From: Wolbachia endosymbiont of Dirofilaria (Dirofilaria) immitis
GTDB lineage: Bacteria > Pseudomonadota > Alphaproteobacteria > Rickettsiales > Anaplasmataceae
Length of the DNA stretch: 32,000 bases
Assembly: GCF_013365455.1 (NCBI RefSeq)
Contig: NZ_CP046578.1
Span: 360,001-392,000 of the forward strand
Reading direction: 5' to 3'
Part shown: in pieces, positions 10,686 through 20,187 of the stretch
Position numbering within the stretch: position 1 is the first letter of the stretch
How the letters are laid out: each line of letters begins with the position of its first letter
Position numbers and translations under genes: made by a program
Notes under the pieces: generated by a model
The model's input: the letters and a program-made list of their open reading frames with translations, nothing else
Told to the model about the DNA's origin: nothing
Database searches by the model: none

Positions 10686-11282
10686 ATGGTATTAGGTGAA
10701 GATAGTTCAATAATAAGAGAACTTGAAGAAGCTGGGGCAGTTTTATATGGACACTTTGTTTTATCCTCTGGGCTGCATAGTGGTATATATATACAGTGTG
10801 CTAAAATTTTTGAGAATCCAAGTAGAGCCATGAAAATTTGCTCACTATTAACACGTAAAATAAAAAAAGAATTAAATAGTTCTATAGATTTAGTGCTATC
10901 TCCTGCAATTGGTGGAATAATTGTTGGTTACGAGATTGGTAGACAACTTGGAATTAGGACAATATTTTGTGAACGTGTTAACAGTAAGTTTGAATTGCGC
11001 CGTGGATTTGAAATTGAACAAGGTGAAAAACTCTTATTGGTTGAAGATGTAATAACTACTGGTAAATCTTCACTTGAAGCTATGGAATGCGCAGAAGATA
11101 TGGGTGGTAAAGTTATTGCTGGAGCTTCTATAATCAAAAGAAATAGTAAAACGCAATTGTCCTTTCCTATTATATCTTTGTTTGAACTAAATATTAAAAA
11201 TTATAGTGAGCAAGAGCTTCCTGAAGAACTAAAACGACTGCCAATAACCAAGCCAGGAAGCCGAGAATATTTAACAAAGTAA
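10686..11282 (+). CDS. pyrE: orotate phosphoribosyltransferase (PyrE)
   Basis: 198-aa ORF with LSSGLHSGIYIQCAKIFENP and PRPP-binding motif LLVEDVITTGKSSLEA. Confidence 0.93.
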   Translation: MVLGEDSSIIRELEEAGAVLYGHFVLSSGLHSGIYIQCAKIFENPSRAMKICSLLTRKIKKELNSSIDLVLSPAIGGIIVGYEIGRQLGIRTIFCERVNSKFELRRGFEIEQGEKLLLVEDVITTGKSSLEAMECAEDMGGKVIAGASIIKRNSKTQLSFPIISLFELNIKNYSEQELPEELKRLPITKPGSREYLTK

Positions 11283-11689
11283 TCTTATTTTTGAATATCG
11301 TTTAACAGAGACAGAAAATACTTGACAAGTTTTACCAATTACTTTTTAATAGAGTTAGAAGTTGTTTATTTGTCTTTAATTTGTATGAATTAAATGATAA
11401 AGGTTACTGTGGTAGGGGGAGGTAGAATGAAGCTCGTTTATGAGTCATTTTAGGTAATATGAGCACTAATTTGTAGGTAAAGATTGGGTAATTACCTACA
11501 GTGTTTTTTGTTTAATGGTTTTTTTAATATCTATATAACTGAAGCAACCCGAGAGTGTGTTAATGGTGCTATTTCAATGTGTGATGCTGGGGTCTATGTT
11601 TCTTTTTTTTTGGGTTCTTGTGTTCATTACTTCGATGGTAGGAAGAAAAGAGACTGAAAATGGATATCAAAGGGTAGTATAGTGCCTTT

Positions 11690-11709
11690 TTATGCAAATT
11701 TATGCAAAT
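11690..11709. repeat. perfect 2 x 10-bp direct repeat TTATGCAAAT
   Basis: Sequence ...ccttt ttatgcaaat ttatgcaaat gttgg... just downstream of the ubiB stop. Confidence 0.6.
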
Positions 11710-11733
11710 GTTGGTTATGTGGTGAGTTCATTA

Positions 11734-13164
11734 TTAGAAAATTAAAAGCTTGATGATTAAAGCTACAATTATAGACCATAGTAAAAAGTAAGTCTTTATG
11801 TTTGATCTAGTCTTAACTTGGATATTCTCTAGTTTTTGATCAGCTATTAGGTTTAATTTCTCTATAAGGCCAAATATTTCTTGGATTGCTTTTACGGGGT
11901 AAAAGCTTTTTATTTTTTCTTTATAGTCTGTTTTATTTTTGTGTTGACTCTTTACCCATGTTTCAACTACCTTCCACATATTGATTTCTGGGTAGATCTT
12001 TCTGCAGGTTCCCTCTAGCAAGATCATAGTTTTTTGCAGCAGTAACAATTGTGTTTGGACTTTCATATTAAAATCACTAGTTATTTTAAATAATTTAGCA
12101 AGTAAACTAGCGAAAGAAATTTTCTGTATAGGTTGTCCTATAATAGGTTCACCTATTGCTCTGCATGCTGTAACAAAATTTTTGTATTGTGGTGAAACAT
12201 AGCCAGCTCTAAAGTGTGCTTTTGCAACGTGATCATAATTCCGATTTAAAAAACCTTTCAGTATCTCTATTACGCAATAGCACGTCTCACTGTCTATTCG
12301 ACCCATAATTCCACAATCTAAAGCGATAATGTTATTGTTGATGTCGACCATTAGATTTCCAGGGTGCATGTCCGCATGAAAAAAGCGATCTCTGTATACT
12401 TGATTGCAAAATGATTCGATAAGATTAATAGCTATCTGTTTGTGGTTATTTAGTTTTTCAACTTCGTATATTGGTGTTGCTTCTATCCATTCTGATGTCA
12501 AAACTTTCTTTGAAGTTCTACTCCAATCTACTTCGGGTACATAAAAACCTCTATCGTTTTTTGTATTTTCCCTCAGTTCTGAGGAATGAGCAGCTTCAAA
12601 ACGTAGATCTAGCTCTAACCGGCAAATTTCAGCAAAAGTTTTAACTAATTCGATCGGTTTTAGTCTCTTTGATTGTTTGCTAAATCCTTCCATAATTCCT
12701 GCAAGCCAAAAGAGCATTTTTATATCTTTTGAAAATATTTTCTCAATGTCTGGCCTTAAGACCTTTACCGCAACTTTTTTACCTTCTGTTGTGGTTGCTT
12801 TATGTACTTGGGAAATTGATGCCGCTGCGATTGGCTCTTGAGAAAAGCTTAGAAAAATGTCGTTTAACTTACAATTGAATTCGCTCTCTATAGTTCTAAC
12901 TGCTATCTTGTATGAGAAGGATGGCAATCTATCACATATTAACAATAAGTTGTCTGTTATATCTTCGTTTAAAATATCAGTACGTGATGAAATGGACTGT
13001 CCAAATTTAATAAATACTGGACCTAACTTTTCAAGAGCACATTTTAACTTATAGCCACGTATTTTATTTATTGACTTCTTTGAAGGATAGAGTAAATGAT
13101 ATAATATGCTGTAACGAGTTAGTACTGCGGTTATGTATAAAAGGCGCAGAATATTACGAATCAT
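11734..13164 (-). CDS. ubiB: UbiB/ABC1 family atypical kinase, ubiquinone biosynthesis
   Basis: 476-aa ORF with KLGPVFIKFGQSISSRTDIL (KxGQ motif), AAASISQVHKATTTEGKKVAVKVLRPDI, FFHADMHPGNLMVD and ALDCGIMGRI. Confidence 0.94.
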   Translation of the reverse strand: MIRNILRLLYITAVLTRYSILYHLLYPSKKSINKIRGYKLKCALEKLGPVFIKFGQSISSRTDILNEDITDNLLLICDRLPSFSYKIAVRTIESEFNCKLNDIFLSFSQEPIAAASISQVHKATTTEGKKVAVKVLRPDIEKIFSKDIKMLFWLAGIMEGFSKQSKRLKPIELVKTFAEICRLELDLRFEAAHSSELRENTKNDRGFYVPEVDWSRTSKKVLTSEWIEATPIYEVEKLNNHKQIAINLIESFCNQVYRDRFFHADMHPGNLMVDINNNIIALDCGIMGRIDSETCYCVIEILKGFLNRNYDHVAKAHFRAGYVSPQYKNFVTACRAIGEPIIGQPIQKISFASLLAKLFKITSDFNMKVQTQLLLLQKTMILLEGTCRKIYPEINMWKVVETWVKSQHKNKTDYKEKIKSFYPVKAIQEIFGLIEKLNLIADQKLENIQVKTRSNIKTYFLLWSIIVALIIKLLIF

Positions 13165-13901
13165 CTTGCTATGTAACTGCTAAATATCTCGCTTAAAGTC
13201 TTATTCTTCGTGATTTCATTAGGTTTACCTTGGTAATATATGATGTGATTTATGCAAATTATGTAATCTGAGCATGGCACTATGGAGCTTAAATCATGGG
13301 ATGTCATGAGAATTGAAATTGATCTTTTTTTTGCTATTTTGTTTATTATGTCATAAAACTTAGCTCGGGCATTAATATCCATCGCGCTAACTGGTTCATC
13401 CAGGATAACTAAGTCAGGCTCTGCGATTAAACAGCGTGCAAGTAACAATAGTTGTATTTGCCCTGCAGAAATTTTCAACACCTGTTTTTTTAAAATGTTA
13501 CTAATACCAACTAATTCCACCATTTCTGTAATAATTGATTGATTTTTCTCTAATTTTTTTGAAAAGCTATTTAAGAGAAGATATTCAACTGTTATTGGCA
13601 TCAAATTGCTAATGCTAAAGTTTTGTGGCATATAACTAATTTTTGTATTGTCAGCAAATGTGACACTACCAGTATAGTTCTTATTTATACCAGCAACTAC
13701 CTTTACTAAGGAGGTTTTACCTCCACCATTTGGTCCAAGTATAGTAACTACATCGCCTTTTTTTATTGATAAATTAATATCATCAAGAACTTTCTTATTA
13801 TCGTATACAAGAGTAAGGTTTTCTATTTTTAGAATACTATTGTTGACAGTATTTAACTTTTTGATAAAACTTAATTCTTTCTCAATGTTTTTATGAAACA
13901 T
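13161..13901 (-). CDS. znuC: ABC transporter ATP-binding protein, probable zinc importer ZnuC
   Basis: Walker A GPNGGGKTS, variant signature ISAGQIQ, Walker B LVILDEPVSAMD and switch His TSHDL. Adjacent to a metal-binding substrate-binding protein gene. The exact start is uncertain. Confidence 0.85.
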   Translation of the reverse strand: MFHKNIEKELSFIKKLNTVNNSILKIENLTLVYDNKKVLDDINLSIKKGDVVTILGPNGGGKTSLVKVVAGINKNYTGSVTFADNTKISYMPQNFSISNLMPITVEYLLLNSFSKKLEKNQSIITEMVELVGISNILKKQVLKISAGQIQLLLLARCLIAEPDLVILDEPVSAMDINARAKFYDIINKIAKKRSISILMTSHDLSSIVPCSDYIICINHIIYYQGKPNEITKNKTLSEIFSSYIAR

Positions 13902-14777
13902 TTATTGCCTTCTTTTCTATTACTTTTGTTTACACTATACTACAGTACTACTTTCTCATCCAATTTAAAAGTTGTAGCTACAATAAAGCCTATACACTCG
14001 CTTGTAGCTTCTGTTACAAACAGAGTCTTGGAACCGGTCTTATTGGATTATACAACTTCTGCACATGATTATATGTTAAAGCCATCTGATGCAAGTAATT
14101 TGGAATCAGGTGACGTTATATTTTATATCGATGATAATCTAGAAACATTTGTTAAGGCTTTCGCTAAAAACAATAAAGAACTTGTACAGTTATCGAGGTC
14201 AGTTAGTCTACTTCCTGTTAGACCACATTCATTCTCTAGGCATGTCATTCATATTCAAGACGAAAATGACCTGCATATTTGGCTTAGTCCAGAAAATGCG
14301 AAAAACATGATATTCTCTATAAGTGCAACATTATCCAATATAGATAAGAAGAACGCTCATCTATATAACTATAATGCAATGAAAACTATAGAAAGAATAG
14401 ACCAAGAGGTAGAGAGAATTGCAAGCGAATTGAATAACTTTAAAAATGAAAAGTACATAGTTACCCATGATGCTTATCAATATTTTGAAAAACATTTTGG
14501 CTTAAGTAACCCAAATATTATTCTGTCTATAGAAGAAGATTCTTATATTGGTATGAGAAGATTAATAAAACTAAAGAAGACAATGAAAGAAGAAAATATT
14601 AAATGTATACTTTCTCCTTCGTGGAAAGATAGTGTGAGGCTTAAAACTCTTTTTAGTGATGCAAGAATGGAAATTCTTGATCCTATTGGGTTAGATATAA
14701 AACCTGGAAAAGAAGCATATTTAGCTATAATTAATAACATCACACAAAGATTTAAGTCTTGTTTTGTTGAATGGTAA
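13893..14777 (+). CDS. znuA: metal (probable zinc) ABC transporter substrate-binding protein, ZnuA-like
   Basis: Signal peptide MKHLLPSFLLLLFTLYYSTTFS; KVVATIKPIHSLVASVT; DYTTSAHDYMLKPSDASNLESGDVIFYID; HIWLSPENAKNMIFSI; IVTHDAYQYFEKHFGL. Confidence 0.88.
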   Translation: MKHLLPSFLLLLFTLYYSTTFSSNLKVVATIKPIHSLVASVTNRVLEPVLLDYTTSAHDYMLKPSDASNLESGDVIFYIDDNLETFVKAFAKNNKELVQLSRSVSLLPVRPHSFSRHVIHIQDENDLHIWLSPENAKNMIFSISATLSNIDKKNAHLYNYNAMKTIERIDQEVERIASELNNFKNEKYIVTHDAYQYFEKHFGLSNPNIILSIEEDSYIGMRRLIKLKKTMKEENIKCILSPSWKDSVRLKTLFSDARMEILDPIGLDIKPGKEAYLAIINNITQRFKSCFVEW

Positions 14778-15080
14778 CAGCTTAGTAAAGATTGCAGGTG
14801 ACTCTATTCAGAAATGTGGTTGATTTATTAATATTGAGTTAAAAGTAAAGTTATTTAAAATTTTTACTCTCTATCTAATGCTTGAGCTTAAAACATAGTT
14901 GATTAAATATGCCTTTTACATCAATATATGATGAAATCATTTATTGCGAGCGCTATTTTTGCTTTACGGTCATCTTTCTTTTTATACTGCCTTGTCTATC
15001 CATTTTAATATTTTCCTGAATATAAATAAGCTTATGAAATAAAGCAGGGACTGTGTGCATTTGTTTTACTCAATTTAAAG

Positions 15081-15500
15081 CTATACTAATTCGCATCCAG
15101 CAAAAAAGAAAGCTATTTCTCTACGAGTGTTTTCTGGACTATCTGAGCCGTGGACTCTGTTTTCACTAATATTATCAGCAAAATCTCCTCTAATTGTACC
15201 TTTATCTGCCTGTTTTGGGTCTGTAGCTCCCATGATTTGCCTATATTTGCTTACTGCGTTTTCACCGACCAAAACCTGAACTATTACAGGATCAGAGGTC
15301 ATAAATTCTACTAAATCCTCAAAAAAGGGCCTGTCTTTATGAATTTCATAAAGTAGTTCTGCCTGTCTTTTTGTCAGTAACATCATTTTTTGTGCTACAA
15401 TTTTTAGTCCGGATTTTTCGATATAGGAATTTATGTTGCCTGTAATATTGTTTCTTACTGCATCAGGTTTTAATATCGAAAGTGTTCTCTCAATTGCCAT
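15081..15500 (-). CDS. ndk: nucleoside diphosphate kinase
   Basis: 139-aa ORF with [12 protein letters not shown] and active-site motif [20 protein letters not shown]. Confidence 0.97.
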   Translation of the reverse strand: MAIERTLSILKPDAVRNNITGNINSYIEKSGLKIVAQKMMLLTKRQAELLYEIHKDRPFFEDLVEFMTSDPVIVQVLVGENAVSKYRQIMGATDPKQADKGTIRGDFADNISENRVHGSDSPENTRREIAFFFAGCELV

Positions 15501-15609
15501 GTCGTTTCCTTATATAGGGTTGTATGTTTGATTTATTTTATTACAAATTTTTATTTTATCAAGACAGTTTTTTTATTTATTATAAAATAAGCTATTAAGA
15601 GAGTATTAT

Positions 15610-16410
15610 ATGGGTAAGTGCTATTATACCAACAAACAAAGTAAGCTAACTTATAAACACCAGATTAAAGCTAGACTTACTGGTGAAAAGTTGATAAATA
15701 ACTTGAAGTCGTCGATTTTTTGTGGAGTAAAAGGGTTTTTGACTTTTAGCTTGGCTTTTTTGAGTTATTTGGAATATAGCTTGCATCGCAATACAAAATT
15801 GCGAGAAGATGCTACCTTTGCAATGAAAAAGAACACTATTCCATTCCTTGAAATGATGATTATAGTACCACTGGTTTGTTTTGTACTGCCAGCTATGGTA
15901 GGTAGCGTAAGTATTGTGAAGTGTGCACTTATCTGTGCTGTGCTGATGATAGAAGCATGCCTTTTTATAAGAAGCTTTCATGTACGTGAGTGGTTGTTAG
16001 AGAAAACTACTAATTACAGTAGAGGAACAATAGACACAGAATTAAAGAAAGATACTATAAAATTTCCTATTTTCAACCAAAACAGAAGACGCATTGAATA
16101 TAATTCACCCAGCCAAGCAAGTGAGTCAGGGTATACTTCCTTTCTTGTTGCATGTTTAGTTTTCCCTCTTAAGACCTCTCAAAGTTACATCATGCTGTCT
16201 TTAGCTGCTGTTGAACTTCTTGAAGCAGCACCAAGTTTTTGTGTTGATCTGAGTTTCGATAGAAGTTCTTTTGCGTCTACAAAAAGTAATTTGCAAAGAT
16301 CTGGTTACTTATTGTATGCTAGTGTAAGAAATTTGGTGCCTATGTCTATGCTTGATGGACTTGTAACTGAACGTGTATGTACCTCAAGAGCAGTTTGTTG
16401 CAGCGCATAG
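15610..16410 (+). CDS. hypothetical multi-pass membrane protein
   Basis: 266-aa ORF with several hydrophobic segments (GFLTFSLAFLSYL, MMIIVPLVCFVLPAMVG, IVKCALICAVLMIEACLFI), abutting the hemH start. Confidence 0.65.
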   Translation: MGKCYYTNKQSKLTYKHQIKARLTGEKLINNLKSSIFCGVKGFLTFSLAFLSYLEYSLHRNTKLREDATFAMKKNTIPFLEMMIIVPLVCFVLPAMVGSVSIVKCALICAVLMIEACLFIRSFHVREWLLEKTTNYSRGTIDTELKKDTIKFPIFNQNRRRIEYNSPSQASESGYTSFLVACLVFPLKTSQSYIMLSLAAVELLEAAPSFCVDLSFDRSSFASTKSNLQRSGYLLYASVRNLVPMSMLDGLVTERVCTSRAVCCSA

Positions 16411-17433
16411 GTGAAAAAGGCGATTATCTTATTTAACCTTGGTGGACCTGATTCACTCAGTGCGGTTCGTCCTTTTTTATTCAATCTTTTTTATGATAAA
16501 AGAATAATAAATCTACCAAACCCTTTTCGATTCCTTTTAGCAAAGTTTATATCTGCAAAACGAGAAAATACTGCACAAAAAATATATAAGCAAATTGGGG
16601 GTAGATCGCCGATCCTGGAAAATACAAGAATGCAAGCTAAAGCACTTGAGCAGGAGCTCAATAAATCTGTATTTTGTCATTCAAGTAGCATGATACTAGA
16701 ATCTAGAAAAGAGAATATGATTCTATCATCATGTGCCAGAATAGCACCAAAGCTGGCTAAAGTATTCATCTGTGTGCGGTATTGGCATCCATTTGCTGAT
16801 GAAGTTGTTAAAAGTGTAAAGCAATTTGATCCTGATGAAGTAATTCTACTACCACTATATCCTCAATATTCAACTACCACAACTTTGTCATCCATCGAAA
16901 ATTGGCAAAAAAGTGCTAAAAAGCATGGTTTAAAGTGCAGTACAAAAACAGTTTACCATTATTATGATAATCAGGACTTTATTGAGGCTCATGCTCGCTT
17001 GGTAACTAAGTATTATAAATTGGCTAGCAGAATTGATAAGCCAAGAATTCTATTCTCTGCCCATAGTTTGCCCCTGAGTATTATTGAAAAAGGTGACCCT
17101 TATGCCTTGCAAATAGAAGAAACGGTAAAATTAATAATAAGAAGATTAAATATTAAAGGCCTTGATTGGGCAGTATGTTATCAGAGCAAGATTGGACCTG
17201 TAAAGTGGCTAGAGCCTAGTATAGAAAGTGAATTATTGCGTGCAAAAGCTGATAATGTGCCTGTGGTTTTATCACCTATATCTTTTGTTTCTGAACATTC
17301 AGAAACTCTTGTTGAACTTGATACGGAATGTAAAGCAATAATCAAATGCGGATATTACTTTCGTGTGCCAACTCTTAGTACTGATTCCTTATTTATTAAA
17401 TGTTTGGCTGATTTATGTAGAAATCGCTCTTAA
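16411..17433 (+). CDS. hemH: ferrochelatase (HemH)
   Basis: [88 protein letters not shown] start directly after the preceding ORF's stop codon. Confidence 0.97.
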   Translation: MKKAIILFNLGGPDSLSAVRPFLFNLFYDKRIINLPNPFRFLLAKFISAKRENTAQKIYKQIGGRSPILENTRMQAKALEQELNKSVFCHSSSMILESRKENMILSSCARIAPKLAKVFICVRYWHPFADEVVKSVKQFDPDEVILLPLYPQYSTTTTLSSIENWQKSAKKHGLKCSTKTVYHYYDNQDFIEAHARLVTKYYKLASRIDKPRILFSAHSLPLSIIEKGDPYALQIEETVKLIIRRLNIKGLDWAVCYQSKIGPVKWLEPSIESELLRAKADNVPVVLSPISFVSEHSETLVELDTECKAIIKCGYYFRVPTLSTDSLFIKCLADLCRNRS

Positions 17434-17510
17434 AGTCCTGATTTATAGTACTTTTCTTTTAAGATTTTATGTGATAGAATGATGAGAAATTATTATTTCA
17501 TTAGCTACCT

Positions 17511-18353
17511 ATGCTAAATGAGCTAAAAAAGAAACCAAACACGTTTGCACAAAAGGTACATGATGCTTATAATCATGATATCAAAAAGGTAATTTGTATC
17601 ACAACAAGTTTAACAGCCTTGTTGTGTAAGGTTTCACTACAATTTTGCTGCGAATTTATTGATAATAATAGGTCCAACATTCTCCTTATACGCGAGATTG
17701 CTCAATGGATAAAGTTTCCAACATTCATTCTATTGATTGCACATTCTATATTTACTTTACGTGACCTAATTCAGGATTATAGAAATCCTAATGGTAAAAA
17801 GGAACTATTGAAAATAGTGGGTAAATTGGCTAGCCTTTTAAGTAACGCTATAGAAGCGTTACTTATGTTACAAGTCTTCCATTTCTTAACTAGAAGTAAT
17901 ACAAATGCGATAAGTCGTATTCATTTAATATCAACAGCTCTATTCTTATTCACTTCAGAACCCATAGGCTGTTATTATATATGCAAAAAATATCAAGAGG
18001 TACATAGAGGGTATCAAGATAAAAAAGGTGTTAATGAATCTGTTGAATGCAAGAAAAAGCTTGCTGAGTGTAAGAAGGATCTTATTATCAGTACATTAAC
18101 TTTATCATTAGGCTTATTAAACTTTATATTTAAAAGGGTGGATGTTGCAACTACGCCGATAAATTTAGGTAATGGTATAGTTTATAGTTTTAATTTAAGT
18201 GTAACGATTGGCATAATATGTAGCACAGTATTGCTATTAGTTTGGTTTGATAAATTACTTAATCAGCCTATCAGTGATAGTCTTTCTACTGAACTTGATA
18301 AGGCTTGCTATGTTCGGCCCAGTAGCAATTTACCAAATGGTCATGCTATATAG
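17511..18353 (+). CDS. hypothetical multi-pass membrane protein
   Basis: 280-aa ORF with multiple TM-like segments and a Cys/Lys-rich loop (ESVNECKKKLAECKKD). Confidence 0.65.
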   Translation: MLNELKKKPNTFAQKVHDAYNHDIKKVICITTSLTALLCKVSLQFCCEFIDNNRSNILLIREIAQWIKFPTFILLIAHSIFTLRDLIQDYRNPNGKKELLKIVGKLASLLSNAIEALLMLQVFHFLTRSNTNAISRIHLISTALFLFTSEPIGCYYICKKYQEVHRGYQDKKGVNESVECKKKLAECKKDLIISTLTLSLGLLNFIFKRVDVATTPINLGNGIVYSFNLSVTIGIICSTVLLLVWFDKLLNQPISDSLSTELDKACYVRPSSNLPNGHAI

Positions 18354-18362
18354 AAGTAAGAA

Positions 18363-19523
18363 TTAAATATGAAAAGACCTCATTTCTACTGATAATGCTA
18401 ATACTGCTAACTTGCTGACCATATTCCAGAGTAATAAGGTTTTATTTTCCAAAACTTGGCTAACATCGTGAAATTCACAATTAGTGGAATTCAAACTAGA
18501 ATATATGTTTTTTTTGCTGTTACAACGATATAAGTAGCACGTTGGTGTATTTCCTATATAGTATATTAGTGGCTCTGCAGGGTTGTGTTCGAGTACATCT
18601 ATGGTTGGTACACCTTCTTGTATAATAACGCTATTGATTTCTATCCCATCCTTTATCTTTTTCATTTTGTGGCGCTTTTTTTTATTGAGGGTTAATATTT
18701 CCTCTCCACTTATTGCCGTTATAATGCCCATTCCGTATGTTCCATTGTTTGCTTTGATAAAAACATAAGGTTGAGTTTTTATTTTATATTCCTCATATTT
18801 TTTTTTTACTAGAGATAGGACTTGATCAACTTTGGTTGCTATTGTTTTTAGCGATAAAGCATCATCAAAATAGACTCCTTTGCAGCTTTTCGTAAATACA
18901 GAAATAAGCCACGGATCTATTTTAAATTCACTACAAAATTCAGATGCCAATTTTTGGTAGATTTCAAAGTATCGAAGTTTTTGCCTGCTGTGCCAACCAT
19001 ATAGTGGACTTGGTACTGTTTCTTGCTTTACATTTTCTAACACATCTGGAATATGGCTTGTCATATCCCGATTGAGTACAATAACATCGGGCACAAATCC
19101 TGAAGTTGTCTTTAACAGAGAGTTATCTTTCACAATGGTTTCATATGGTCCTATTAAATTATAAGCTTCGTTATAAAGAAGGCCAATCTTAGTTTCGAAG
19201 CCTGCTAGTTGTAGTATCTTTTCTATGGCAAATACGTTTTCTGTATACATTTTATTTCTTGTATAGTTTTCCGGTATCACAAGAGTTTTTTTATATCGTT
19301 TTTTTTTGAAATAATTTTTTATCAGTTTCGCCGCTATCATTTTTGATGTATCACTTAAATTGTTGAACCCTGCAGGAAATAAGTTAGCGTCTATTGGAGC
19401 AATTTTATAACCTGAATTTCTAAGGTCTACGGAGCTATAAAATGGTAACGTAAAATCGTTAAATTTTGCCTCAAACCAATCATTTATATTTTTTTCTAAA
19501 TTTGGATGAATTATGTTTTGCAT
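18363..19523 (-). CDS. gshA: probable glutamate--cysteine ligase (alphaproteobacterial GshA type)
   Basis: 386-aa ORF with NLFPAGFNNL, TLVIPENYTRNKMYTENV, DVIVLNRDMTSHIPDVL and PYVFIKANNGTYGMGIITAISGEEILTLNKKKRHKM, recalled as GshA-family pattern. Confidence 0.75.
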   Translation of the reverse strand: MQNIIHPNLEKNINDWFEAKFNDFTLPFYSSVDLRNSGYKIAPIDANLFPAGFNNLSDTSKMIAAKLIKNYFKKKRYKKTLVIPENYTRNKMYTENVFAIEKILQLAGFETKIGLLYNEAYNLIGPYETIVKDNSLLKTTSGFVPDVIVLNRDMTSHIPDVLENVKQETVPSPLYGWHSRQKLRYFEIYQKLASEFCSEFKIDPWLISVFTKSCKGVYFDDALSLKTIATKVDQVLSLVKKKYEEYKIKTQPYVFIKANNGTYGMGIITAISGEEILTLNKKKRHKMKKIKDGIEINSVIIQEGVPTIDVLEHNPAEPLIYYIGNTPTCYLYRCNSKKNIYSSLNSTNCEFHDVSQVLENKTLLLWNMVSKLAVLALSVEMRSFHI

Positions 19524-19631
19524 CTACAACTTTAAATGTTATAAGGAAAGTACTATATTATACGCTATAGCTGAAATATATTTAACTAATGGTTACAGTA
19601 TAATAGAGTTACTATTTAAAATTATAGAAAA

Positions 19632-20186
19632 ATGATTCAACGTGACAACAGTAGAATGTATGGGACTACGATATTATCGATTAGAAGAGGTAAAAGTGTG
19701 GTAGTAATAGGTGATGGACAGGTTTCACTTGGTCACACTATCATAAAGTCAGGAGCAAAAAAAGTCAGGCGTCTTTCTGGTGACTCTGTAATTGCTGGAT
19801 TTGCTGGGACAACAGCTGATGCATTTACTCTTTTTGAAAGACTAGAATCAAAACTTGATAAGCATCCAGGACAACTGATGAGAGCGTGTGTTGAGCTTGC
19901 GAAAGATTGGAGGATGGATAAATATTTAAGAAAGCTGGAGGCTATGATGATAGTTGCAGATGAATCTATTTCATTAGTGGTTACAGGGATGGGTGACGTT
20001 CTTGAGCCTGAAGATGGAATTGCAGCTATTGGTTCTGGAGGGAATTTTGCTCTATCTGCAGCAAGAGCTCTAGTTGACGTTAAAGGGATGTCAATAGAGG
20101 AGGTTGCAAAAAGAGCTATGAAAATATCAGCAGATATATGTGTTTATACAAATCATAATGTAGTTATTGAAAAGGTAGAAGGGTAG
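19632..20186 (+). CDS. hslV: ATP-dependent protease subunit HslV (ClpQ)
   Basis: [12 protein letters not shown] gives the catalytic N-terminal Thr after processing; [46 protein letters not shown]. Confidence 0.97.
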   Translation: MIQRDNSRMYGTTILSIRRGKSVVVIGDGQVSLGHTIIKSGAKKVRRLSGDSVIAGFAGTTADAFTLFERLESKLDKHPGQLMRACVELAKDWRMDKYLRKLEAMMIVADESISLVVTGMGDVLEPEDGIAAIGSGGNFALSAARALVDVKGMSIEEVAKRAMKISADICVYTNHNVVIEKVEG

Positions 20187-20187
20187 T

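Noticed and set aside
15646-15981. 111-aa minus-strand ORF inside the 15610-16410 gene
   Set aside because: His/Gln/Tyr-rich antisense translation. The plus-strand frame is longer, has coherent TM segments and abuts hemH.
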